A stretch of DNA of 64,000 nucleotides from the human T2T-CHM13v2.0 reference genome, Homo sapiens. The notes under the pieces were generated by a model, which had not been told where the DNA came from, did no database searches, and worked only from the letters and a program-made list of their open reading frames with translations. The stretch lies in the NCBI RefSeq assembly GCF_009914755.1, contig NC_060929.1; one strand, 5' to 3'. Shown piece after piece: positions 45,086 to 59,527 of this stretch. How positions within the stretch are numbered: the stretch's first letter is position 1; every line of letters begins with the position of its first letter. The translations under genes were made by a program, and so were the position numbers.

Positions 45086-45524
45086 GTCTGTACTTTGGGT
45101 AATACAGTTTATATAGTTTCGTGAGACTCTCTTTTTCTTAAAATTCTTATTTCAAATGAGATTTTTATATTTCCCACAACATGTATATGTATGTATCAAG
45201 AACAAGCCAACTAAAGACAAATATAATGAGAACTGAATCAGTTAACAACTATGCTGGAAACCAGCCATTACATGATGAGATTTTAAAATATTAAAATTAT
45301 GATTCTCAACCTTTTAAAAGAATGTAATGAAAGTTATCAACCTTTCTCCAGAAAAAAATACATGTGTACTAGTTTTTGCCTATAGTTTTAGGGTTTTAAC
45401 AGGCTTCTAATGAAACCGGAACTCTGTGCTTTTTTTAGACGGATTTGGAAGGCCTGATAGACCTTAAAAGGCCAAGAAATTTTTAAGGTTTAATTTTCCA
45501 AGTAATTTTCTTAAATAAAAAAGG

Positions 45525-45755
45525 CGGTATGGTAGAGTATGCATGAACTCTTAAAGTCTAATAGATGTAATATTCTGCCTCTACGGAGTGAACTTTACTG
45601 AGAGACTTTTAGAGCCTCAGAGTTCCTACCTATGAAAGGAAATAATATCTATGATAGGGGTTGTTGTGAAAATTAGTAATAATATATGGAAAATGTGTTA
45701 CACAGTGCCTGGCCACAGAGCTTGTTTTTGGTAAATGGTAATGATTATTTTATTA
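45525..45755 (+). mobile_element. MIR SINE
   Basis: gagcctcagagttcctacctatgaaaggaaataata...ttgttgtgaaaatta...cagtgcctggc. Confidence 0.7.
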
Positions 45756-46005
45756 TTAATATAATAGACACCAACATAATGTGATGATTGAAAGATTAGA
45801 GAGCAGAATTAGCTTCTATGTTGTTTGGGCAAAAATGTAGTGTACTCTTCCTTATTTTCACTAATGTGTAGTATATTTTCTAAATAAAATCATAAAGGAA
45901 TACTCCCAGAATGCTTTGGGGGGTAGCCTGCTTGTGTTTTGATTTTAAGTATGCTCTGATACAACTAGATGTTTTTATGCAGATATTAATGTTTTGTTTT
46001 TATAG

Positions 46006-46118
46006 GAATACCCGTTCATTCTTGATGCTTTTCAAAGAGAGGCCATTCAGTGTGTTGACAATAATCAGTCTGTTCTAGTATCTGCACATACCTCAGCGGG
46101 AAAAACAGTATGCGCCGA
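46006..46118 (+). CDS. MTREX: MTREX coding exon 5 (113 nt): Q motif and motif I
   Basis: ttatag|GAATAC ... GCCGA|gtgagt; [37 protein letters not shown]. Confidence 0.96.
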
Positions 46119-46515
46119 GTGAGTAGCTTCCTTTTTAAAGTCACTTTGTTTCTTATTTCACTCTTTAAAAGTTTCTTTTTTGCTGTTTGATTTCTGCTAG
46201 TGAAGATGGTTTTACTTGTCCCTTTTGAACAATTTCTTTTTCATGTCTTATTGAACCTCTAATACAATGTTTACTTGAAGTAATAAAAGAGGACATTCTT
46301 TTCTTGTTCCTCATATTAGGAGAAAAACACTCAGGCTTTCATCGTTAAGCATGATATTACCTGTTGGTTTTTCACAGATGCTTTTTATTTATCAGTTTGA
46401 GGAACTTCTGTTCTTGGTTTGCAGAGATTTTGTTTGCATATGTATTTATGTCTATGGGTATAAAATATTTAGATACTGGATTTTGTCAAGTGCTTTTTTT
46501 GCATCTATTGACATG

Positions 46516-46780
46516 ATTTTTTTTTTTCTTCTGCGCAGTCATGGCTCACTGCAGCCTTGACCTCTGGGCTCAGGCGATCCTCCTGCCTCAGCCTTCCTAG
46601 TAGATGGGACTAAAAGCGTGCACCATCACACCTGGCTAATTTTTTTTTTCTTTTTTTTTTAGAGGCAACACAGAGTCTCAAACTTAAATAGGCTGGTCTC
46701 AAACTCCTGGGCTCAAGCAATCGTCCCACCTTGGACTCCCAAATTTCTGGGATTACAGGCATGAGCTACCATGCCTGGCC
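46516..46780 (-). mobile_element. Alu (AluJ-like)
   Basis: catggctcactgcagccttgacctc...atgcctggcc. Confidence 0.88.
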
Positions 46781-47389
46781 ATGTTTTTGATATGTTTCTT
46801 AAATAATTTGACACGTCTGATAAGTTATGTTTGATCTTGTTTTCTGTACAGCATCATTTCCCTTCTATCTGAAGAAATGCCTTTAGCAGTTTATTGTAGT
46901 GCAGTTCTACTGATGAGAAAATCTTAACTTTTGTATGTCTGAAAATCTTTTACTTTTTTTTGAAAGGTATTTTCCTTTGGTATGGAATTGTAATTTTCTT
47001 TTAAGACTGCCTTTTGACTTGCATAGTTTATGACAAGAAATCCTAGTATACCTTTGATACTCTGTACATAATGTGTCTTTTTTCCTCTGGCTGCTTTTAA
47101 GATTGATTTTTATCATTGATTTTAAGCAGTTTGTTTTTTATGTACCTTGGTGTTGTTTTTGCATTTTTTTCTTGTCTTTGGGTTTGTTTTTGCAGTCCTC
47201 AGGGCTCTTGTTCCAGGACTCTTTTGGGCCGCTTAAAGTTGTCTCACAACTCACTGATACTATATTCATTTTTTTTCTTTTGAGTTTCATTTGTGGGTCA
47301 TTTCTAATGCAATGTCTTTAAATTTATTAATCTTTGCTTCTGAATTTTCTAATCTGCTGTTAATCTCATTGAGTGCTACTTTTTTATTG

Positions 47390-47672
47390 GTTGGTTTGTT
47401 TTTGAGGCAGGGTCTTGCTCTGTCGCCCAGGTTGGAGTGCAGTGGCACAAACAGAGCTCATTTGCATTCTCAAACTTGTGGGCTCAAGCAGTCCAACTCA
47501 GCGTCCCTAGTAGCTGGGACCACAGGCATGTGCCACCATGACTGGCTAAGTTTTTGATTATTTGTGGAGATGAAATCTCGCTATGTTGCCTACACTGGTC
47601 TCAAACTCCTGGGCTCAAGTGATTCTCCTGCCTTGCTCTCCCAAAGTGCTGGGCTTATAGGCATGAACTGAA
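47390..47672 (-). mobile_element. Alu (AluJ-like)
   Basis: gaggcagggtcttgctctgtcgcccagg...ccaaagtgctggg. Confidence 0.88.
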
Positions 47673-49374
47673 TGCATTTTTAATCTCAGATATTATCTTT
47701 TCTTTGCTAGATGTTCAATTTATTTTTGTTTTCCTCCGTGTCTCTTAACTTTTTTTAGCTTCCTTTTTTTCGTAATGTTTTTTTCTATTTCTAGTTTATA
47801 GAAATCCTAACTGCTTGAACAGATAGGGTACAGTTACAAAAACGTTAAATGTCCTTGTTACTACTTCGTTTATCTGATTACTTCCTGGTCTCTTTGATGG
47901 ATTGACTTTCCTGCTTCTTTGATTTTTTTTTTAGTCACTGACTTCTTGATTATAATGTGACTGAGATAGTTTTTTTTTTTCCCATGTTTCTTATACTTGA
48001 GTTTGTAGGGTTTCTTAGATGTGTGGATTTATTATAGTTTTCATTATATTTGGGGAAATTTCAGACATTTTTTACTGCAAATATTGCCCTTCCTTTATTT
48101 CTTTGAGGACTCAAGTTATACTTACAGCAGGCCCCTTTAAGTTGTTCACAGCCCACTGAAGCTGTGTTTATTTATTATAATTTTATTTTTGGTGTTTATT
48201 CTGTTTCATTTTGGATAGTTTCTGTTGCTGTGACTTCAGGTTTATTCACTTTTTTTTTATTGCAGTGTCTTAATCTGCTTTTAATACTAGCCAGTGTGTT
48301 TTTTTAATCTCAGACACTCAGTTTCCATCTCTAAAATTTTGATTTCGTCAGTGTTTTCCGTATTTTTACTTAACGTGCTGTTTAATTTTCCTCAGCTTTC
48401 TTGAGCATATAGAGTACTGTTATAGTAACTTTTAATATCCCTGTTTACTAATTCTGTCATCTGTCTCATTTTTGGATCTGATTTTATTGATTAAAAAAAA
48501 ATTTTCATTACAGACTGTGTTTTCCTGCACCTTGACATACCTGATACTTTTTTATTGCATGCCAAAACATTGTGAATTTTACCTTGTTCGGTGCTGAATA
48601 CTTTTGCATTTTTGTACATATTTGTGAGATTTGTTCTGAGGTATAGTTAAGTTACTTGGAAAAAATATCCTTTTGAGGCTTACTTTTATGACTTTTTTAG
48701 GCACGACCAGAGTAGCATTTAGTCTAGGGCTGATTTTCCCCACTACTTAGTCAGTATTCCATGCAGTATCTTGTGAATTCTGAGGTTTTCCACTGTAGCT
48801 GGTGGGAAACCACATTTCTGCCAGTCGTGTATAAGATTTGGTAATTTTTATCTCTTCTCCTCTTGGTTGGTTTTTCCCTGGCCTCATAATTTCCTAAGAC
48901 TTATTCACGGATCATTACTACCTGAAGACTTGCAGATGCTCAGCAGATTTTCAGAGCCTTCTCTTTGCAGTTGTCTCCTCTGGTATTCTGCCCTGCAAAC
49001 TCCAGCTGCCCTGGCCTTCACAGACTACGATCTTGGTCTGTTCAACTTAGGGAAACTTCCAGGGTTTACCTTGGTTGCCCATCTTAGAACTGCAGTTTGG
49101 AAAATCTAGGCAGTAATTTTGGATTACCTACTTTGTTTTCTCTCTCTTGGGGCGTACTGTTCTTATATCCAGTGTATGAAACCACTGTTTCATATATTTT
49201 GTGCTATTTATCATTGTTTCAGGTGGGTGGGTAAAGCCAGTTTCTGTTACTCCATCTTGGTGTAAGTGGATGTTTTCTGTATTATTTTTAATGTACATTA
49301 TGTATTACTACAATAGTGCACGTATTTTGGTAGGTTCCTGTTCTTCTAAAATATATTTAATAACTAAGATTGTG

Positions 49375-49520
49375 TAGTCTTGCTACTCAAAGTATAGTCC
49401 TTGATACTACCTGGGAACTTGTTAGGCAGAATCTCTAGCCCCACCCTATAACTGCTGATTGAGAATCTACATTTTAACAAGATCACCAGGTGATGAATAC
49501 TAATGTTTGATGGAACTGGG
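49375..49520. mobile_element. MER5A-like hAT element
   Basis: ctactcaaagt...cctgggaacttgttag...gaatctacattttaacaagatc. Confidence 0.7.
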
Positions 49521-49771
49521 CCATTCTAAAAGTGGATGGATGGTGCTCATTAATGTGGATGGCGTTTTGCAATCTGTTGTAGATTGACTCTTTTGATTTA
49601 ACTTTTACAATTTATAACATATTTCTCTATGACCTTTCCAGTTGAGTAGCTGAATTAGGTACTCTTAACAGGGGATACCTAAAGAGTAAAGAAGACTGTA
49701 GAGAAAAGAAACAGATAAAAAAAATGGCACCAGTCATCCTGTTCATCAGCCATTTTACCTTGGCATGGTGG

Positions 49772-50136
49772 TTGTCTTAGTCTGTTTTCTGTTGCTGTAT
49801 TCTGCTTTAACAGAATACCACAGACTGGGTAATTTATAAAGAAAGGAAGTTTATTTGGCTCATGGTTCTGGAAGCTGAGAAAACCAAGAACATGGCACAG
49901 GCCTCTGGCGAGAGTCATCCCATGGCAAGAAAGGGAGAGGAAATTGGGCCTAACTTGTCCTTTTAACTGGGGCCCACCCCCTTGATAATTCCCTCCCAAG
50001 ATAATGTAATTAGTATATTCATGAAGATGGAGCTTTCATGACCTCATCACCTCTTAAAGGCCCTACTTCCAAATACCATTACTTTGGCAATTAAATTTCT
50101 ACATACATTTCGTAGGGGTCATCTAAATCATAGTAG
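49772..50136 (-). mobile_element. MST-type MaLR solo LTR
   Basis: tgtcttagtctgttttctgttgct...aataccacagactgggtaatttataaagaaa. Confidence 0.8.
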
Positions 50137-50964
50137 TGATCAAAATAATTCATGAATCCTGGAATATTTTTTTCCTTAACAGGTTATCTTATCTATTATT
50201 AGTTCCTTCCAGACCTTGGCTTATCTGGTCATTGTGTTATTAATTCCTAATTCCGTCATCTGTCTCATTTTCAGATTTGTTTTTATTGATTTTTTTCCCT
50301 TGTCATTATAGGTTATATTTTCCTGCTTCTTTGCATACCTTTTATTGATACTAAAACATTGTGAATTTTACCTTGTTGGGTGCTGAATAATTTTGTATTC
50401 CTGGTCAGGGCTTATCTGGTCACTGTATTCATTCCTTCCAGACCTTGGCTTAGCTGTGTAAGTCTCAGTTTTTCTCTTCGTTGAGTTAGAGGAGTGAAGT
50501 TTGTATCTTATATTGTCATCTCAGCAGTATCAGCCAGTTGCAGAATAGTCTTTATCTCTTTCTCAGCCTTAAACACATTATGGTTCTCTATCACCCTAGT
50601 TATGTTCAGTGGAATTTCTTAAGAGTCCACTCCTGTTCAGAAGATGCTTAATTCACAAACCAGTTTCCTCCTAAGGCACAGGTATAGAAGAAGAGATTTG
50701 ACTACTCTTAGTTCAATTATTTTTTTCACTATTTAATTGTGGTATGTTTGGTGCTTTATGCATTTAAAGCCAGCATATGTATAATAATTTGATTTTTGGC
50801 CATTAGTGTAACCTTGCTTTCATTTTTCCTACAAGAGGAGAGATTTTTCTGTAGAGGAAGTTTTCATATAGATATGCTGAAACCTGCTCTAAAACTTGGG
50901 CTAGGAAGTCGTAAAGGGAATTTAAGAAATTCACCAGGATTGTAGATACTAGAAAACCTGATGA

Positions 50965-51654
50965 GGTTGGCTGTGGAAAACAGTCTGGCAATTCTTCAAA
51001 AAGTTATAATGTAGAATTGTCATATGACCCAGCAATTCTACTCCTAGATTTGTTATAATGTAGAATTTGTTATAATGTAGAATGTTATAATGTAGAATGT
51101 AATGTGTTTGTTATAATGTTAGAATTATCATATGACCCAGCATTTCTACTCCTAGATTTGTACCCCCAAAGAATTGATAACAGGTACCTAAACAAATCTT
51201 CACAGCAGCGCTATTCACAATAGCCAAAAGGTAGAAACAATCCAGATGTCCATCAGTGGATGATGAATGGATAAATAAGTTGTAGTATATCCAGACAGTG
51301 GAATATTACTCTGCCATAAAAAGGAATAAAGTGCTGATACATGCTTGAAAACATTATGCGTACTAAAAGAAGTTGGAGTCAAAAGATTGCTTTATGATTC
51401 CATTTATGTGAAATATCCAGAATAGGTAAATCCATAGAGAAAGACAGCATATTGGTGAGGGACAGGGACTAGTGAGAGGAGGGGAGTAAAGAATAACTGC
51501 TTAGTGAGTACAGAGTTTTTTGGGAGGTGATGAAAATACTAGAATTAGATGGAGGTACTGGTTGCCTAACGTTATGAATGTACTAAATGCCACTGAAATA
51601 TACACTTTAAAATGGTTAATTTTATGTTATGTGAATTTCACTTCAGTAAAAAGT
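50965..51654 (+). mobile_element. L1MB-type 3' end with apparent 11-nt TSD
   Basis: catatgacccagcaattctactcctag...tatgttatgtgaatttcac; aaacctgatga at 50954-50964 and 51655-51665. Confidence 0.85.
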
Positions 51655-53933
51655 AAACCTGATGAAGTACCTAATTGTATATGCACACCAGATGTTGCAC
51701 ACCAGATCTCACATATTTTCCCTAGTGATAAAGGACTTTAGGTAAACTCCTACTTCACCTGTTAACTATAGCAGGGTGCAACATTTTATTTATAAACCTG
51801 GTACTAGGACTAACGTGTTGGTATCAGGTTGTTTATATATGTAAAACAAATACTTTTTCTGACACTGCTGATTTTTTAAGTCTATGTGAATAGCTTTATT
51901 ATATAATTTACTTACCATTAAATTTATCTATCATAAATATGTATTTGAGTGAGTTTTAGTAAATCGGTACAATTGTGCAACCCTTACCAGTTTTAGAAGA
52001 CTTCCATCTATTTAGTTCTCTTATGTGTGTTTACATTCAAACCCATTCCTATCTCTAGCCACAGGCAAACACTGATCATCTTTTGGCCATTATAATACTG
52101 ATGTAAACATTCATGTGCAAGTCTTTAAGTGGACCTATGTTTTCGTTTCTCTTAGCTAAGGTAGATACCTAGGAATGTGATTGCTGTATTTTATGGCAAA
52201 TATGTATTTAACTGTTGAGGAGACTGCTGAACTATTTTTTAATGTGGCTGTACCATTTTATATTCCTACCAGTAATGTATGAGGGTGCCAGTTTCTCTGC
52301 ATCCTTCCCTGCTCTTGGTATTGTCTTTTTTTATTATACCCATTTCAGTGATGTCCCAAAGTAGTTTTAATATGCATTTCTGTGATGACTAAGGGTGTTA
52401 AGCATCATTTCATGTTTATCATTTCTTTATATATCTTTGAATTGTTTATTTCAGTCTTGCTGATGTTTTAAATTGGGTTGTTGGTCTTAATTGCGTTGTA
52501 AGAAGTCTTTATTAGCATACAAGTTTTTTTAAAAAGCAGATGTGATTTATAAATATGTTTTTCATTCTGTGGCTTGTCTCAATTTCCTTTTGTAGAGAAA
52601 GCATTTTAATTTAAATGTTTAATTTCTTAATATTTTATAGATTGTTCATGCAATTGGTATACCTAAGAATTACCTAATTGTGATTTTGCCTATCCCAAAA
52701 TCACAAGTATTTTCTTCTTCGTTTTCCTCTTGCAATTTCATAGTATTAGTTCTTCCATTTAGATCTGTGATTCTTCTCAAGTTAGTTTTTCTGTAAGATG
52801 TGAGGAAAGGGTCTAAATTTAGCTTTTTGTATTTGGATATCCAGTTGTTCCAATTCAAAGTACTATCTTTTCCCATTGAATTGAATTCCCGTAAATTACT
52901 CGTAAATTGTGTAGGATCGTTTCTGGACTTTGTTATATCTTTACACTAGTACACTATTTTGATTACTGTGGGGTTATAATAAGTATTGATACTAGGTAAT
53001 GAGAATCTTCTAACTTCATTATTTTTAAAAACTGGGCACTTCCAGGTCTTTTGTATTTCCAATAGTATTTTAAGATTGGCTTGTGAATTTCCAACCAGAA
53101 AGCCCATTTTAATTTTGATAGGGATTTTGTTGAACTTAAAAATTAATTTGGAGAAAATTGTCATTGTAACAATATTGACTCAATCGATGAAAATGATGTA
53201 TTTCTCCATTATTTAGGTCAACTTTAATTTCTGTTAGCAACACTTTGCAATTTTCAGTGTATAGGTCTTATACGTGTTTTCTTAAACCTATTCCTAAGTA
53301 TTTCTGTTTATGCTATTGTGAATCACATTTTTTCTTAAGGTCATATTTGGATTGCTAATAGCTTGTATATTGAAATACAGTTGATTTTTATATACTGGTA
53401 TTTTATCCAGCAACCTCATCATGTTTCCTTAAGTTTTATTAACTTTTTTGTACATTCCATAAGACTTTCTATATAGATGATAACATTGCCTGTGAAAAAA
53501 GATGGTTTTACTTCCTTTTCAATATGTGTGTCTTATTGCATTGTCAATATCTAGTACAACGTTGGATAGTACTGAGAGTGGACATCCTTGCCTTATTTCT
53601 GATATGAGGAAGAAAGCATTCAGTCTTTCAACATTAAGTATGACGTTAGCTGTTTTTTGCTGGTTGCTCTTTATGAGAATGAAGTTGTTTCTTTCTGTTC
53701 TTAGTAGGGAATAAATGAAAATAAACAAAAAAATTGAGAATTTTTATCAAGATATGTTGTATTTTGTGAAATGATTTTTCCATCTATTGAGGAAATCGTA
53801 GTATTAGCTTTTTATTCTCTTAGTGTACTATATTAAATTTTCTGATTTTAAACCAACCTTGTATTCCTGGAATAAATCTGGTTGTTTATGGCAGATGATC
53901 ATTTGTGTATGTTACTGATTTCAGTTTGCCAGT

Positions 53934-54138
53934 ACAGTTGTCACTCATTTTCCAGGGAGGATTGGGTCCCAGACCCCCTCATATAGCAGAATCCACAGAT
54001 GCTCAAATTTCTGCAGTAGGCCCTGTGGAACCTTCAGATGTGAACAGTTGTCTCTCCGTATCCATGGGTTCCTCATCTTGCAAATACGATAGTGTATTTT
54101 CAATCCTCAGAACCTGCGTGTGTAGAGAGCTGACTCTG
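53934..54138. mobile_element. MER8/MER2-like Tigger MITE
   Basis: TA-cagttgtc...gggaggattgggtcccagacccc...gcagtaggccctgtggaacc...ctccgtatccatgggtt. Confidence 0.65.
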
Positions 54139-54432
54139 GTTTATTCTAGACTTTTGTGTCATCATGAGGAATAATGGTATGTGATTTTCTTATAAAGTCT
54201 TTGGCATTGGTGTCGGAGTAATACTGGAGACTTAAAGTAAGCTGGTAGTGTTGCCTCCTGGTCTGTTTTCCATAAGACTTTGTGTATTTGGCATACTTCT
54301 TAAATGTTTGATAGAATTTACTAGTGAAGCCATTTAAGCCTAGGCATTTCTTTGTGGGAAGATTTTTAATTCCTAATTTAATTTCCTGTTTTTTAAAGCC
54401 AATTTTGGTAAACCGTGTCTATCTAGAAATTT

Positions 54433-54770
<338 letters not shown>

Positions 54771-56087
54771 TAGATAATTCTTTATGTTTAATGTAAGTGT
54801 TTATATAAAACTATAAAATTTCACTCAGTACTGCTTAAAATGCATCCTGTAAACTGATATTACTGTGTTTCATTTTCATTTAATCCACTTTTTCATTTCT
54901 CTTTTGGTTCCCTTGTATGTTGTTTACTTTTCAAACGTGATTTTCCATATACTTAGCCATTTGTTATTTCTAACTTAATTTGTGATTAGAGAAGATACTT
55001 CGTGAAATTTCAGTAGTTTAATTTAATGATTGATATGGTTGGATTTATATTTGCCTTTTGTTGTTCGTTTTGGGGGTCTTTTGGTATATTTCTCATGTTT
55101 TTTTTTTGATCCTTATTTTTCCTCCATTGCCTTCTATTTTGTTTAACAAATATCTTTTAGTGTACCATTTTAATTTCTCTTGACTTTTTAGCTTTCTTTG
55201 AGTTAGTTTTTAGTGGTTATTTTGGGGCTTACAGTATGCATGTTTAACTAAATCACAGTCACAATTTATGGAAAATATTGAAAACTTGCCCTAGTATTTT
55301 CTTCTCATTTTTGTACTATTTAATACTGTCATATATTTCAACTACATATGCTATAAATCTAATAATACAGTATCTGTAATACAGTATAATCATTGCTTTA
55401 AATTGTGTTTTCTAAAAATATTAAGTGATAAAAATTTTATATATACCTTTACATACATAGTCTTAATTGTTCTGTTTTATGGTATTGCTTCCTTTTAGTT
55501 TGAAAGGTTTTTAATAAATATTTCTTACAGAGTAGTTTTATTTTGCTTTCATTTTTGAAGGACGGTGTCACTGGATATAGAGTTCCTGGTTGACCGATTT
55601 TTTTTCCCCTTCAACTCCAGATACATCATTCTACTGATATCATTTCATTCTACTCCATTGTTTCTGATGAGAAGTCAGCCTTAATTATGTTGTTCTCTTA
55701 TGTATTGAGTTTTTCTGTTGTGGTTTTTCAAAGACTCTCTTTGCCTTTGTCATTTAGCAGTTTAACTATGATGTTTCTAGGTATGGTTCTTTTTTGCTTT
55801 TTCATGCTGTGTTAATTGAGCTTCTTGGATCTCTAATGTCTTTTAAACAAATGAAGTTTTTTATTGTTTTTTTTTTCCTACCTCTTTCTTATTTTGGAAT
55901 TTCCTTTGAGATACTTGAGGATGTCTTGCAGATACCTGAGTGTCTCTTATTTTTCTATTTATTTTTCTCTTTAGATTTGATAATTTCTCTCAATTTATCT
56001 TCATGTTCATTGATAACAGTCATCACAAATCTGCTTATGGGCCCATCTAGAGAATTTTTTCTTTTGATTGTTAATCTGTAGACTTTC

Positions 56088-56399
56088 TTTTTCTTTTTTT
56101 TTTTTTTTTTTTTTTTGAGACACAGTCTCACTCTGTCACCCAGGCTGGAGTACAATGACGTGATGTTGGCTCACTGCAGCCTCCACCTCCTGGATTCAAG
56201 CAGTTCTCCTTCTTCAGCCTGCCAAGTAGCTGGGATTACAAATGTACACCACCATACCTGACTAATTTTTGTATTTTTAGTAGAGACAGGGTTTCCCCAT
56301 TTTGGCCAAGGCTGGTCTCGAACTCTTGGCGTCATGTGATCCACCCACCTCAGCCTCCCTAAATGCTAGGATTATAGGTGTGAGCCACTGCGCCCGGCC
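56088..56399 (-). mobile_element. Alu (AluS)
   Basis: TSD taatctgtagactttc on both sides. Confidence 0.92.
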
Positions 56400-57317
56400 T
56401 AATCTGTAGACTTTCCATTTGATTATGTTGTTAATAGTTTTGGTTCCTTTTTGAGACAGTCAGTTTCTTGTGACTGCTTCTTTTTTCCTACATATGGTCA
56501 TACTTTCCTGTTTGTTTTTATATCTTGCAATTTTTTTCTTGAAAAGTTTAGATAATGTATGTAGCATTTCTGTATTTTCTTTTTGTGTATGTTTCTTGTA
56601 ATTCATATTTGATGTTTGGACAACTTCTGATTTTTTAAAAATTGCTTATTTCACTGGCTGGGATGAATGTTATTTTTATTTCCCCAAATACATTATAATA
56701 AGCCTATTCTGGGCAGGAGCTGAATCTTAAATAAGGAGGATCTACTACAATGTTAAGTTTAATGCTATCTGTCTATATTTAAAGAAAAACAAAACTGCTC
56801 TATTGTGTTCTGTTAATAGCTATGAAAGAAATTTTCCATAATCAGAACCTACCATAATTTTCAGAGGACTGACTTGTTAACTGTTACATGTGGGAAAAGA
56901 ATACATATAGATTAACTTATTTGTGAAACTTGAGGAGGAAACACTTCATTTTCCAGGGGCTATAAGCACTTGATCATCTGTATATGTGTGAACTCACAGA
57001 CAGAGGCTCTGAATTTTGGAAGCCCGTCTTAGAACCAAAGGTGTTTTCCTTGCAAGAAATAGGTAACTGTTAGTAATCTATTGCTATTAGTGACTAAGTT
57101 GCATTAACTCTGAGTGACCGGAGTTAAAATGATTTTAGATCACTCTATTTCATATTTATTATAATTATTAGTATAATAGATATGGTGTTACTGTTCTTCA
57201 GAGTCCATTCAAGATAAATAATTAGGGAAAATTTGGACACAATTTAAATATTAACAGAATTTTTAAAGTCATAATTTAAAGGAAAAGTTGTATGATTATT
57301 TGTTTTCACATTTGTAG

Positions 57318-57492
57318 GTATGCCATTGCATTGGCCTTAAGGGAAAAGCAGCGTGTAATATTTACCAGCCCAATTAAGGCTCTGAGTAACCAAAAATACC
57401 GTGAAATGTATGAAGAATTTCAAGATGTTGGTTTGATGACTGGTGATGTTACTATTAATCCTACGGCATCTTGTCTTGTTATGACCACAGAG
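57318..57492 (+). CDS. MTREX: MTREX coding exon 6 (175 nt): motifs Ia/Ib
   Basis: ttgtag|GTATGCC ... ACAGAG|gtaatt; [58 protein letters not shown]. Confidence 0.96.
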
Positions 57493-57883
57493 GTAATTCA
57501 TGTAGTGCCTCATCTGACTTTTCGTTTTTAATTAAATTAATGTGACTATTCAGTTAGAACCTGGGAAGTTTTATTGGTTGCTCTACTTAGGTAAAGTATA
57601 GTACTTTATTTTCTGATTAGACTTAGGCAAAATGGATAACATTTATCTTAAAGTGTTCTGATAATATTACATTTCTAAATTACCATACTTTATTATTTGT
57701 CTCAGATACATTTTTTTCTTCAGGTATTTTTAAAGTTTATTTCTGTCAGTGACATGAAAATATTTTACTGGTTTTATGTACATAGTTTTAAGCATTTGAA
57801 TATATAGTAATAGTGACTCTTCATTTCATGTGACTTTGCCGTCTTCTATATCTGAGTGTTGATACAAGTAGATGAGTAACTGA

Positions 57884-58188
57884 TTTTTATTTATTTATTT
57901 ATTTTTTGAGATGGAGTCTCGTTCTGTCTCGCAGGCTGGAGTGCAGTGGTGCAACCTCTGCTCACTGCAAGCTCCGCCTCCTGGGTTCACGCCATTCTCC
58001 TGCCTCAGCCTCCTGAATAGCTGGGACTACAGGCGCCCGCCACCATGCCCAGCTAATTTTTTGTATTTTTAGTAGAGACGGGGTTTCACCGTGTTAGCCA
58101 GTATGGTCTCTATCTCCTGACCTCATGATCTGCCTGCCTCAGCCTCCCAAAGTGCTGGGATTACACATGTGAGCCAACCGCACCCAGC
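57884..58188 (-). mobile_element. Alu (AluY/Sc-like)
   Basis: TSD agtaactgattttt. Confidence 0.92.
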
Positions 58189-58988
58189 CAAGTAACTGAT
58201 TTTTTAGAGTGCAGTATTATGTTTACCTTCTTCCCATAATTGCAGTTAAGTTTTGCATATACTTAGAATATCTTAAGTTTTGGACATGATTAGTTACCTT
58301 TACTAAGTATTTTTGTACATACTTTAATTATATCTTTGCATTTAACCCCAAGGATATGGTATAATGGTGAGCATAAATTAGCTTCTGATTTGGAGAACCA
58401 GCCAAAAGCATTGCTCACTTTTCATTTTGTCGCCTCATGGAAGTTTATTTTCCATTTTCAAAACTTTCTTTCATCTGTGGAAGGTTTTCATTAACTCCAA
58501 AAATTAGGGTAACAGTTGCCAGGAAGTATCCATGTTGCAAGAAAACGAGGCAGAAAAAATGGGCAAACAGTCAGGGATGATCCAGTGTTTTGAATAGAGG
58601 ATAATTTAAGTTGTACTTATATTTTAGAAAGTATGAATCTTGGGACGGTGCTGTGTATAGAAGGAAGTTGCATCATGTTCTAGACATATGGAGAGTAGGG
58701 GTGATAATTCTCTCTGTGGATTGTATCTGATTAGTAACTGTTTAGAAGCCATTTACTTTGCTTTTTATGAGAAAAGGAATATACAATATAATATACAACA
58801 ATGTAATATTGAATATTACTTTTGTTAATATTTGTTAAATAGTAAGTTCTGTAACCCCTTAAAATTATTTTAATATTTCCATTTAATAAAGAATATCCAA
58901 AATTCCTTGTTGGAAAAAACAACTTTTCTCTAACTATTAGCTGTTATGTCAGAATCCAACTAAATACATTTTTTACTTTTTTCTTTAG

Positions 58989-59079
58989 ATTTTGAGAAGT
59001 ATGCTTTACAGAGGTTCCGAAGTTATGAGAGAAGTTGCTTGGGTTATATTTGATGAAATTCATTATATGAGAGATTCAG
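58989..59079 (+). CDS. MTREX: MTREX coding exon 7 (91 nt): DEIH motif II
   Basis: ctttag|ATTTTG ... TTCAG|gtatat; [30 protein letters not shown]. Confidence 0.96.
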
Positions 59080-59206
59080 GTATATTCAGTGTTGAAATGT
59101 ATATCATGTATTTCCCTTCAGAATGACATTAGGAATTTTGAGCAAGTTATTGTTAAACTTTGCTTCTAGTTTTTGTGTGGCTAGGGTTCTAATAAACTGT
59201 TGTTTC

Positions 59207-59527
<321 letters not shown>

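Larger units (their letters stand above)
46230..49270 (-). mobile_element. Old L1M fragments (several, partly duplicated), interrupted by Alus
   Basis: T-rich antisense L1M motifs (gaggacattcttttcttgttcc, tctactgatgagaaaatcttaact, acattgtgaattttaccttgtt). Confidence 0.65.
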
